Origin: a virus
Taxonomy: Duplodnaviria > Caudoviricetes
Virus record (IMG/VR): IMGVR_UViG_3300047669_001814
Span: 1 to 24,131 of that record
Length of the DNA stretch: 24,131 nucleotides
Reading direction: 5' to 3' (one strand)
In this document: positions 1 to 8,323 of the stretch, piece by piece
How the letters are laid out: each line of letters begins with the position of its first letter
How positions within the stretch are numbered: position 1 is the first letter of the stretch
Program-made: the position numbers and the translations under genes
Notes under the pieces: generated by a model
Told to the model about the DNA's origin: nothing
Database searches by the model: none
The model's input: only the letters and a program-made list of their open reading frames with translations

Positions 1-188
1 AAAGCAACCAATCGTTTAATTAGGTGCTGCTCTCCGGGCTTGAGATTTTTTTTCAAATCTACAAGATCCCCAGACCAGTCCACCTCGTCTACTGTCCAAG
101 TATTCTTAATAGAATTCTTGTACATTTCATAAAATTGCGGATATTGCATAGGCCGCAACGAAAGATCAAACCCACTACTTAGTAACAA
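1..188 (-). CDS. nrdB: Ribonucleotide reductase class Ia beta subunit, N-terminal part (runs off window start)
   Basis: Not in the ORF track. Manual translation gives (M)LLSSGFDLSLRPMQYPQFYEMYKNSIKNTWTVDEVDWSGDLVDLKKNLKPGEQHLIKRLVAF, matching the NrdB N-terminus (LRPM-YP-FY, W-x-x-x-EV-D, L-x-P-x-E). It follows nrdA. TTG start at 188 lies 8 nt after AAGGA; alternative in-frame ATG at 197. Confidence 0.9.
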   Translation of the reverse strand, partial: MLLSSGFDLSLRPMQYPQFYEMYKNSIKNTWTVDEVDWSGDLVDLKKNLKPGEQHLIKRLVA

Positions 189-318
189 TAGACGCATCCT
201 TCTTGATATCACGTTTTAAAATTACAGCCCTTAAACTTTGGGACATATGAAACGGACACCCACTCTTGTGTTTACCATCTTTACCACCGCACAAACAAAG
301 TTGACTGGCTACTGACAT
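175..318 (-). CDS. Putative 47-aa small protein with CxC...H...CP motif
   Basis: Manual translation MSVASQLCLCGGKDGKHKSGCPFHMSQSLRAVILKRDIKKDASIVTK*. GGAGGA lies 9 nt upstream, and the ORF fills the nrdA-nrdB gap with short overlaps at both ends. Confidence 0.5.
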   Translation of the reverse strand: MSVASQLCLCGGKDGKHKSGCPFHMSQSLRAVILKRDIKKDASIVTK

Positions 319-2693
319 GCCTCACATTCCTCCGGATTTTCTAGAGAACAAGCAAGCGCTTCAGCATCTGTATAGATATCCAAAACTATTGGCATTGTAA
401 CACTAGTTGTGCTAGTAGTGGCTTTTCTAATTTTTGTAGCTGGTCGGCTACGCAGATAGTACGTTGTCTTTAAACCTTTTTCCCATGCATACATATACAT
501 AGAAGATACCGAGCCAATAGTTGGTGATTCAACAAAAAGATTCAGTGATTGTGATTGATCAAGAAATGGTCCGCGTGCTGCAGCCACATTGATTACGGCT
601 TTGTTTGAAATTTCCCACGCAGTCTTGTATAAATCACGTAAACGTTGCGGAATGGCTTCAATACTCTGAATAGATCCTTCGTTGAGTTTAATCTCATTAC
701 GAATTTCTTCAGTCCAAAGATCTAATTTTTTAAGATCGGCTACTAGATATCTATTAATTTGCAGAAATTCACCTGATAAAGTTTCTCTTTTAAAAAGATT
801 AGATAACTGCGGTTCAATACATTCATATGCACCACAAATTGAGGCAATAGTTGCCGTAGGAGCAATTGCTAGCAACAGAGAGTTGCGCAACCCACTCTTT
901 ATTATACGTGCCTTGAGGCTCTTCCAGTCAAATAATTGTTCTAATTGAACATTATCCCAAAGATCAAACTGCAGTACGCCACTAGCCGCACGTGTTTCAG
1001 CAAAATTATCATGCGAACCAAATTCTTCAGCCAACTCACAAGAAGCTTCCAACGCTGCAAAGTAAATTGCTTCTTGAATCTGTTTTGCAATTTGTTCAGC
1101 CTCTTCTGAATCAAACGGAATTTCCATTTTGAAAAGAACGTCTTGGAAACCCATGACACCTAAACCAATAGGTCTCCATTTCTTGTTTCCTACACCAGAA
1201 GAATCTACGGTGTAGTAATTTCTGTCAATAACACGGTCTAGGAAACGCACAGCTACCTTTGTAGACTTCATAAGGTCCGCAATATTTAAACCTGTATCAG
1301 CATTAATAACAAATTCACCAAGGTTTAATGAACCAAGGTTACAAACTGCGCCGGTTTCTGGAGTAGTAACTTCAAGAATCTCAGTACAAAGGTTTGAAAG
1401 GTGAATAATATTTCCCGGTACCCCAGTCTGATTAGACTTACGATTAGACGTATCTTTAAAAGTCATCCAACCATTGCCGGTTTGTGAAAGTGAACGAATC
1501 ATGCTTGTGTAAAGATCACGAGCTTTAAGTTGACTAGTATACTTACCGTCTAATTCGGCTTGCTCGTAGAGAGTCTTGAATGCGTCTCCAAAGGTATCTA
1601 CCAGCTCGGGCATAGTTTTAGGGTCAAATAGAGACCACACGGCATCATCACGGACACGTTCCATAAATAGATCAGGTACCCAATTGGCTAACATTAAATT
1701 ATGTGTACGCCTAGCTTGGTCACCTGTGTTTTCACGAAGTTCAAGGAAAGCTTCAATATCCGCATGCCAAGTTTCTAGGTATACAGCGGCCGCACCTTTG
1801 CGCTTGCCACCTTGATTTACTGCTGCAACTGATGAATCAAGTGTTTTGAGCCACGGAATAATTCCATTAGAATAGCCGTTAGTTCCTTTAATTAATGATC
1901 CATCGGATCGAATACGAGAAAAGGATACCCCAATTCCTCCTGAGTACTTTGAAAGCATTGCTATGTCCGAATATTTTTGATAAATAGAACGAAGATCATC
2001 TTCTGGAGAATCCAATAGAAAACATGAAGACATTTGCGGGAAAGACGTTCCAGAGTTAAATAGGGTTGGCGTGCTGGTCATATATTTAAGCGATGACAAA
2101 AGGTTATAAAGCTCTATTGCCTCGTTTGCTGTATTAGATAAACCGCAGGCTACCCGCATCAAAAAGTATTGCGGTGTTTCCAGAACAAAACGATCTGTTG
2201 GGTGCCGAAGCAAATAACGATCATAAACTGTTTTGAGACCAAAATATTCAAAAAAGTCTGTGTTTTGATTTTCTATAGCTTCATTTAGCTTACGCTTATT
2301 TCCAGTTACTAAGTCAAGTGTTGCTTGATTAATTAGTCCCTGTTTGAATCCCACAGCTATAGATTGTGAAAAAGTAGCAATATCCTGTAGCAAGACTTCT
2401 TTACTTATAAAAGAAGCCAACATTCTAGCTGCTAGTTTTGAGTACTCTGGTTCTTCTGAAATTAATTCAGAAGCTGTCTGAATAGAAAGAAGATCCAGTT
2501 CCTCAGTTTTTGTTCCGTCGTAAAGACCACTAATCGTCTTGGTAGCAATCCTAATTGAGTCTACAGCACGGAGACCGTGTGCGTGATTCTGAATTGCTCT
2601 TACAATCTTATTTAGATCTGCTGGCTCTAGTCGCCCGTCCCTTTTCTGCACATGCGTTCCAATTCTTTCTACTTTTTCTAATACGCTCGTCAA
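309..2693 (-). CDS. nrdA: Ribonucleoside-diphosphate reductase class Ia alpha subunit with N-terminal ATP cone
   Basis: VQKRDGR ATP cone, STPTLFNSG, SSCFL, active-site SNLCTEI, VCNLGSLNL, APTAT, radical-transfer TYYLRS, C-terminal CEAC. TTG start with GAGGTG RBS, overlapping the terL stop (TTGA). Confidence 0.97.
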   Translation of the reverse strand: MTSVLEKVERIGTHVQKRDGRLEPADLNKIVRAIQNHAHGLRAVDSIRIATKTISGLYDGTKTEELDLLSIQTASELISEEPEYSKLAARMLASFISKEVLLQDIATFSQSIAVGFKQGLINQATLDLVTGNKRKLNEAIENQNTDFFEYFGLKTVYDRYLLRHPTDRFVLETPQYFLMRVACGLSNTANEAIELYNLLSSLKYMTSTPTLFNSGTSFPQMSSCFLLDSPEDDLRSIYQKYSDIAMLSKYSGGIGVSFSRIRSDGSLIKGTNGYSNGIIPWLKTLDSSVAAVNQGGKRKGAAAVYLETWHADIEAFLELRENTGDQARRTHNLMLANWVPDLFMERVRDDAVWSLFDPKTMPELVDTFGDAFKTLYEQAELDGKYTSQLKARDLYTSMIRSLSQTGNGWMTFKDTSNRKSNQTGVPGNIIHLSNLCTEILEVTTPETGAVCNLGSLNLGEFVINADTGLNIADLMKSTKVAVRFLDRVIDRNYYTVDSSGVGNKKWRPIGLGVMGFQDVLFKMEIPFDSEEAEQIAKQIQEAIYFAALEASCELAEEFGSHDNFAETRAASGVLQFDLWDNVQLEQLFDWKSLKARIIKSGLRNSLLLAIAPTATIASICGAYECIEPQLSNLFKRETLSGEFLQINRYLVADLKKLDLWTEEIRNEIKLNEGSIQSIEAIPQRLRDLYKTAWEISNKAVINVAAARGPFLDQSQSLNLFVESPTIGSVSSMYMYAWEKGLKTTYYLRSRPATKIRKATTSTTSVTMPIVLDIYTDAEALACSLENPEECEACQ

Positions 2694-4342
2694 ATTACTT
2701 CACCTCGATATCCACAAATAAGACACAATTGATTCGTTGGAACCCACGCCGGTTCAGCGACTGAGCACTTAGGACATTTTCCTACAGAATTATCGTGTAA
2801 TTTATTATAGTTCATATCTACCTTTTTGGTACCGTTATTATCCACATTCGCAAAAACGAAATCCTGCATATTACCAAGATCCTGTGTTCTATTGGTATAT
2901 TCTTCTGTGTACGCAAGACAAGCCATAGCAATAGACCAAAAAGAATCCCCGTGACCCTTAGCCGTTTCCGGCGCTTGTAGATCAATGTTAACGCTGGTTA
3001 TTTGCTCACGCTGCCTAGCATCCTTGATTAGTCGAAGTCCGTCGGTATTCACCCATTTTTCAAAAGCGGCAGCCATTTGCCGACGTCTTTTTGAAGTAAA
3101 TACTGTTGGAATCCATTTTGAATCAAGACCACGTTCATCCATGTCACCGCGGGTTGTGTCTATGTAGCCTATATCAACCTGAAGATTATCCATAATCATA
3201 TTTAGAAATTCTGCTTGAGCAGTGTATTCCCAGTTATCTAGAAACTCTTGGTAAATCTGAATCAATTTACCGTCAACAGCACCAAAGGCCACAACGTGGG
3301 AAGGATGCTTCTTCTTGCCAATATCTGCAGCCGCTACGATGTATTCATAAGTATCGGCCAGTTCCCTATGTTCGGTATAAGGATTAATATTATTCAATTC
3401 TTCAACTTCAATCTTTTCAATCTGTTCTTCGCCAAGATACGCATTCTGAGAAAGGTATGGAAGAAGAAGCATTTCTGATGCAAAAGAATGAGGCTTCACG
3501 CTTTGTTCGTAAAGCAAGGCTGTTTCACTTCGAATTTCTGGGCATAGAATCCGATATGGTTTTGTAAGCTTGTCATCAAAATCATAAAAATTACCGTCTA
3601 GTGCTGGTAGCTTTACATATACAAATCTTTCATCATGCTCAAGATTCATTAGCAAGTCATCTGGTGCCATAGGCGTGCCTAGCACTACAACCATGGCATC
3701 ACCAACCGGAATTGGCATTGTTTCAGTCATAAAATGATCTTCAATTTTATGAATCTGCCCCAAATTCAAAGGATTTTCTGGATCTTTAAGGATGTCATCA
3801 GCCACCAAAAATCGATTTACGTGCGTACCACGTTTAAATGAGAATACGCCACCGCCAATAATATCTCCACGGCTTCGACCAACCTGGTAATGAAAAGCCT
3901 GTGTAGCAGTTGGAGCTAAATCATGCATAAATTCTAAAATAGATGGATTTCTACGAATAGCTTTTTGTATTTCTGAAACATGATAGCCACTCATTGGCTG
4001 CGAATAACTTAGGTACATACCGGATGAGTCAAATCTTGAGTTAGCATTTTTTAAAAAAGACCAAATACTAAAAGCATATCCTAAGACGGTTGACTTAAGA
4101 TGAAATCGCGGAACAAGCGCGCAAAAGAATTTATTGTCGCTCATTGCTTGTTCTAATGAGTGACATAGATACTGCACATGCCAAGTATCAAACCATTCAG
4201 GTTTTTCATAACTTTGGGACCAATACTTAGCTACAAATTCGCCGAAGGTACCTACATCAGGAACACTGTTCCCAATATGTAGCATACCATCGGCTAATTG
4301 TCCTAAGGCATCATCCCAAGAAAGAAGTTCATTATTGGGCAT
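2690..4342 (-). CDS. terL: Terminase large subunit (ATPase + RNase H-like nuclease) with C-terminal Zn ribbon
   Basis: WH motif, Walker A variant PRFHLKST, Walker B FLVADD, coupling motif VVLGTP, nuclease acidic motifs AADIG, IDTT and GHGDSFWSIAMA. Tail CPKC-x14-CLIC. Confidence 0.85.
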   Translation of the reverse strand: MPNNELLSWDDALGQLADGMLHIGNSVPDVGTFGEFVAKYWSQSYEKPEWFDTWHVQYLCHSLEQAMSDNKFFCALVPRFHLKSTVLGYAFSIWSFLKNANSRFDSSGMYLSYSQPMSGYHVSEIQKAIRRNPSILEFMHDLAPTATQAFHYQVGRSRGDIIGGGVFSFKRGTHVNRFLVADDILKDPENPLNLGQIHKIEDHFMTETMPIPVGDAMVVVLGTPMAPDDLLMNLEHDERFVYVKLPALDGNFYDFDDKLTKPYRILCPEIRSETALLYEQSVKPHSFASEMLLLPYLSQNAYLGEEQIEKIEVEELNNINPYTEHRELADTYEYIVAAADIGKKKHPSHVVAFGAVDGKLIQIYQEFLDNWEYTAQAEFLNMIMDNLQVDIGYIDTTRGDMDERGLDSKWIPTVFTSKRRRQMAAAFEKWVNTDGLRLIKDARQREQITSVNIDLQAPETAKGHGDSFWSIAMACLAYTEEYTNRTQDLGNMQDFVFANVDNNGTKKVDMNYNKLHDNSVGKCPKCSVAEPAWVPTNQLCLICGYRGEVI

Positions 4343-4841
4343 ACGTCTTTGTAGTTAGCTCCCTGAAGCGCATAGCAATTCTCGTTAACGCTTCATCGTC
4401 TTGGATTTCTTGTTTTAATATTTCAATAACATCTTGCAAGAATTCTTTTTGTATCAAGCCAGCAAGGATAGTTCTTTCACCCTTGATTGCTTTATCAATA
4501 GCAGTGACCGCATCACCAGCTTTGTCAAAGATATTCATCTCCAACTCTTCGCGGGCTTTTTTACGAATTTCTTCGTAAATTGTTAAATGCTCAGCATCAC
4601 GAACAGCCATCTCAGTACTTTTTCTAGTAGACAACAATTCTATTGCATTGGCTTTAGTGTTCATTTTAATAACACTCCATTGCGGATCAGCGCTGGTAGA
4701 CCAATACTGTATTGAAGCAGCCGAAACTGGATCATCAAATTCGCTAGACACTTGGTGAGCAATCTGGCGGACGCTGAGACCACCTAAGTAAAGTTCCAGC
4801 GCCCGCAATTTTTTGGCTTCGAGATTAGTTTCGTCAGCCAT
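4332..4841 (-). CDS. terS: Probable terminase small subunit (N-terminal HTH)
   Basis: KLRALELYLGGLSVRQIA...SAASIQYW...W HTH followed by helical region, directly upstream of and overlapping terL. Start moved from 4910 to ATG 4841 (MADETN) to avoid overlap with the upstream gene. Confidence 0.65.
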   Translation of the reverse strand: MADETNLEAKKLRALELYLGGLSVRQIAHQVSSEFDDPVSAASIQYWSTSADPQWSVIKMNTKANAIELLSTRKSTEMAVRDAEHLTIYEEIRKKAREELEMNIFDKAGDAVTAIDKAIKGERTILAGLIQKEFLQDVIEILKQEIQDDEALTRIAMRFRELTTKTYAQ

Positions 4842-4848
4842 GCTGAGC

Positions 4849-5196
4849 CTAAGCCCTGTGCTGTGAAGCATGCAATTCTGCATGCCTTTGTTCAATGTAC
4901 ATGCCATCAAAAAGTTTGGTAATCTCGACTACAAATTGATCAACACATTCTTGGATAGAATCTTTACCGTCACCGGTAATTCCCATGTATAGACCCGCTC
5001 GATTGTCATCAACCGTAATAACCTCTACGTATAGTTCGTTAGAAGCTTCCTTGGCGTGCTCATGCTGAGCACCTTCTTTTTCAGCAAGATACAACTCACT
5101 AAAACTCTTAAAGACCCCATTAGTTCCTTCGTCCATTTCATGCCTAGCCTGCGCACTCAACTTTGTTGCAAAAGGTGTTATTACCGCTCTACTCAT
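4849..5196 (-). CDS. Hypothetical protein (115 aa)
   Basis: Strong RBS AAGGAG upstream; in operon; no recognisable motif. Confidence 0.7.
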   Translation of the reverse strand: MSRAVITPFATKLSAQARHEMDEGTNGVFKSFSELYLAEKEGAQHEHAKEASNELYVEVITVDDNRAGLYMGITGDGKDSIQECVDQFVVEITKLFDGMYIEQRHAELHASQHRA

Positions 5197-5290
5197 ATTT
5201 TTATTCTCCTTATTTCTGCCTTAGTACGTTAGAAAATGTACGTCTAACGTCTATGTGTTTTTTAGCTAAATTTATAACCGTCCGCATATC

Positions 5291-5686
5291 CTACACGTAG
5301 GAACTATTATCACCATAGTATTCATGGCTCTGCGATTCCAGAGAACCACCATATGGAGAACCATCTTGTTGCAACAACGCACCAAAATTTACAGCCGCCG
5401 GATCCATGCGCGGAGAATACGTTAGGCACTCAGCACGCTTTTGTCTAACTCCGTTAATTAAAACCTTACCCATATCTCTAATTGCAATTTCATTTGGACG
5501 TCCGCAAACACCTGTCATTAGATCTGACTCTCCTAAAGATTCATGACCCTTAAACTTAGGCACGTGGTGTCCAGTTCCTTCAGGTAGCGGAAACCAATTC
5601 TTGCATTTTCTGGCATTACAAAATACCGGCCGTGCATACTTTGCAACAATTTCTTTCAACTCTTCCGACGTTACATCTCTTAACAT
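5291..5686 (-). CDS. Hypothetical Cys-containing protein (possible Zn binding)
   Basis: FCNARKCKNW...VCGRP...AECLTY; TAATG coupling to the ruvC stop. Confidence 0.7.
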   Translation of the reverse strand: MLRDVTSEELKEIVAKYARPVFCNARKCKNWFPLPEGTGHHVPKFKGHESLGESDLMTGVCGRPNEIAIRDMGKVLINGVRQKRAECLTYSPRMDPAAVNFGALLQQDGSPYGGSLESQSHEYYGDNSSYV

Positions 5687-6159
5687 TATAGTTCCTTTCC
5701 AAATCGTTTAACACCCCACATTGATATGCAAGCGGCATCTGCGTAATCTTGTTCCGTAAAATTTTCACCCCATTTCATTTGCGCAAATTTAAAGATTTTA
5801 TCTTTTTTTGCACTTCCATCGCCCAATACTGCACGCTTCCAGGTTTTATTATCAACCGCTAAAAACTTTATAGTTTTTTCAACTAACACAGCTTTTGCGG
5901 CGCCCACCACTTGCGATATTGAAATAGTCGCATGACCATTTTGAATTAGGATTGGTTTCTCAATTGTAGCAAATACTTCGTCATTTCTAAGAAACTCTAA
6001 TATTTCTACAGACATTTTTTGAGTAATTTCTTCTAGTCTCTCATCAGTATCTGTTTTTTTGCTGGCCCATTTTGTCATTCGCAAAAGTTCGCCGTGCTCG
6101 TCTAATAAAACACCATGAACTGCTTTTGAACTACAGTCTAAGCCTAACACTTTAGTCAT
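5686..6159 (-). CDS. ruvC: RuvC-like Holliday junction resolvase
   Basis: VLGLDCSS, TIEKP, TWKRAVLGDGSAKKD, QDYADAACI acidic catalytic tetrad pattern. Confidence 0.85.
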   Translation of the reverse strand: MTKVLGLDCSSKAVHGVLLDEHGELLRMTKWASKKTDTDERLEEITQKMSVEILEFLRNDEVFATIEKPILIQNGHATISISQVVGAAKAVLVEKTIKFLAVDNKTWKRAVLGDGSAKKDKIFKFAQMKWGENFTEQDYADAACISMWGVKRFGKEL

Positions 6160-6799
6160 TAGCTACTACAATTCTTTCTTTTAGAGTGCCACTTATACTT
6201 GTTTCTAAAATATCTTTAGCTGTCTGAATTCTTTCTTCAACTTCTTCATCACTTACAACACGCATCTGCGTGCGCAGGCCATCTATAACAGACATATCAA
6301 TCTCTGTTCGTTTACCGTTAATTTCTTGTTTGATACGATTAACATCGTCATATATTTCTTGACGCGAAGCTACATACTCACGCATTTCTTTATTGAAAAA
6401 AGGAACACGTCGTTGATATTCTGCATTAGCTTCCATAGATCTACGATACATTTCTTCTAGCATTTCGCTACGTTTATTTAGTACTTGCTTATCTATATCA
6501 AGATTTTTTTCAGTAGCCTCTATCATAATTTCAACCTGGTGCGCAAACTCAAAAAGATCAGAAGTACGTGCTGTACTAAGATCTACTTCTTCTAATCCAT
6601 TTCCTAAATCAATAATTTTTTCTTGCGCCTGAGACCAATCGGGACCAGGGTTTATACCCTTATCAGTCATAGCCTCATCAATTATGTCGTACAACCCTTG
6701 CTGCGCATCCATTGGCACTTTTTCAGTTAACGGATAAGAACGCGTGCGCCCTACTAATACTTCAAAGCCATCGTCTTGGCTTTCTTTTTCAACTACCAT
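6152..6799 (-). CDS. Hypothetical acidic coiled-coil protein
   Basis: 215-aa ORF in operon, GGGAGG RBS, E/K/R-rich helical sequence. Confidence 0.7.
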   Translation of the reverse strand: MVVEKESQDDGFEVLVGRTRSYPLTEKVPMDAQQGLYDIIDEAMTDKGINPGPDWSQAQEKIIDLGNGLEEVDLSTARTSDLFEFAHQVEIMIEATEKNLDIDKQVLNKRSEMLEEMYRRSMEANAEYQRRVPFFNKEMREYVASRQEIYDDVNRIKQEINGKRTEIDMSVIDGLRTQMRVVSDEEVEERIQTAKDILETSISGTLKERIVVAND

Positions 6800-7282
6800 C
6801 TAAAACCTCCCATTCATAGCGGCTCTCAAAGACACAAGTCTTGACACAGCTTCGTATGCAGACTTGTAGCTATCTCTAACTCCCATGACGCGCTTATAAA
6901 GCGTATCTAATTCTAAAAAGTCTATACGTAACTCGGCTAGTCCGGATGTTACTTCAATGGCCTCGGCTCGTAGTAGTTCTTTTGTAGGTTTTTTTGGGTA
7001 TCCTACGGAAATTCTAAACATAGCTTTACCTAAAGCTTCATCAAAAAGTTCTTCAGTCAGGCTTCTGCGTGAATCAATATACGCAAGCTGACCTTCCAAG
7101 TATGCCTTGTATCCACCAAATTTAGTAATGTATTCAGATAATTCTTGATCAGTCAACGCGTCAAGCTTTGGGAAAACTAATGGTTCGCGTGACTTTGATT
7201 CATCGTCAAGACCAATTATTGGCACGTTCATTTCGTCCATAAATCGGTCAACGTTTCCTTCAATTTGTGTTTTCCAAGACAT
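6800..7282 (-). CDS. Helical hypothetical protein, possibly UvsY-like recombination mediator
   Basis: All-alpha heptad pattern, about 160 aa, ending AVSRLVSLR, in the recA/Cas4/ruvC block. The function is inferred from size and context only. Confidence 0.5.
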   Translation of the reverse strand: MSWKTQIEGNVDRFMDEMNVPIIGLDDESKSREPLVFPKLDALTDQELSEYITKFGGYKAYLEGQLAYIDSRRSLTEELFDEALGKAMFRISVGYPKKPTKELLRAEAIEVTSGLAELRIDFLELDTLYKRVMGVRDSYKSAYEAVSRLVSLRAAMNGRF

Positions 7283-7285
7283 CAG

Positions 7286-7984
7286 TTACGACCTTTCCGC
7301 TTCTAAAAGACAAGGACAATATCTTGTATTATGAATATCTGCCCAGTCACTAAGTTTTGGCAATGACGGCATTTCTATAATATTTTGCAAACGTTCAAGC
7401 ATAGCTTCGTATATAGCAGGATCACGCTTCACATCATAAAGACGTATGTCAAAGGTGTTCTTGTTTTCATATAATACTGCACCATTTTCAACATCCATCA
7501 TATTTAAATACATTTGAAGCTGCATATCATGTTCAGGCTTTGCATGCTCTTTAATATCCTCATCCCAGCCTCTGACATTTATTGTCTTAAGCTCAATAAG
7601 GAATCTTTTACCTTCTAAATCTACTATTTCGTAATCTGCTCTTCCGGATATAGGCGGGTAGTCTACCGTACACCGAATTTCATCGGCCACGTATACGCCC
7701 ATTTTTTTAAAATAATCTTTGTATCTAATCTGAGTTACATTGCCATGTCCGAACATACGCTCTTTGGCAGCAGTAACCTCTTCACGCGCAACAAAGCCAT
7801 TCCACTGAAGCCAAAGAAATCGGTCGCATGGGTTAGACACTGACGAAACAAAGAATCGTCCCGGTGGTCCTCCCGGCTCTGACCCAGCCTTATATACTTT
7901 TTTGTTCATCAAACGCGTGATCCAATGAGACTTTCGTCTTGTTGTAACCTCCCGCGCCTTATTTATACTTGCAATTCCTGCCAT
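7286..7984 (-). CDS. Cas4-like PD-(D/E)XK exonuclease (stand-alone phage type)
   Basis: SSVSNPCDR, GHGN, GRAD (motif II), IELKT (motif III), QLQMY, C-terminal YCPC. Confidence 0.85.
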   Translation of the reverse strand: MAGIASINKAREVTTRRKSHWITRLMNKKVYKAGSEPGGPPGRFFVSSVSNPCDRFLWLQWNGFVAREEVTAAKERMFGHGNVTQIRYKDYFKKMGVYVADEIRCTVDYPPISGRADYEIVDLEGKRFLIELKTINVRGWDEDIKEHAKPEHDMQLQMYLNMMDVENGAVLYENKNTFDIRLYDVKRDPAIYEAMLERLQNIIEMPSLPKLSDWADIHNTRYCPCLLEAERS

Positions 7985-8000
7985 GTTTACCTACCTTCAT

Positions 8001-8018
8001 AAGTATTTTATCATACTT
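8001..8018 (-). promoter_or_regulatory. Putative extended -10 promoter (TGATAAAAT) inside a 6-bp inverted repeat
   Basis: Minus strand AAGTAT-GATAAA-ATACTT, upstream of the Cas4-like gene; no clear -35. Confidence 0.35.
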
Positions 8019-8020
8019 TA

Positions 8021-8323
8021 CTAGTCTAGCGTATTTAGAAATTCCCAAATCTGTGCTTCAATCTTTGGTCTGGTTGTGGCATTTACATGAAAAACATGTT
8101 CAACACCAGCTGATAATATCTCTGCATCGCGTTTTTGGTCTGCTTTTCTTAGGTGACCATAAGCACCGTCAGCTTCTATTACTGCATTTAACTCTGCTAT
8201 ATAAAAGTCAGCCCACCTAGTTCCAATTGTATATTGAGGAGCGTACCGGAGACCTATTACGTCTAGCACACCCATAATCAATAGTTCTTGCGGTGTAAAA
8301 TCTTTAGCCTTTGGCCCCATCAT
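8021..8323 (-). CDS. Vsr/DUF559-like endonuclease
   Basis: TPQE, QYTIG..WADFY, VIEADG.YGH, D.KRD.EI pattern of DUF559/very-short-patch nucleases. Confidence 0.8.
   Translation of the reverse strand: MMGPKAKDFTPQELLIMGVLDVIGLRYAPQYTIGTRWADFYIAELNAVIEADGAYGHLRKADQKRDAEILSAGVEHVFHVNATTRPKIEAQIWEFLNTLD

Noticed and set aside
7286-7984. CRISPR-Cas system suggested by the Cas4-like gene
   Set aside because: No repeat-spacer array or other cas genes are seen; solo Cas4-like nucleases are common in phage replication modules.
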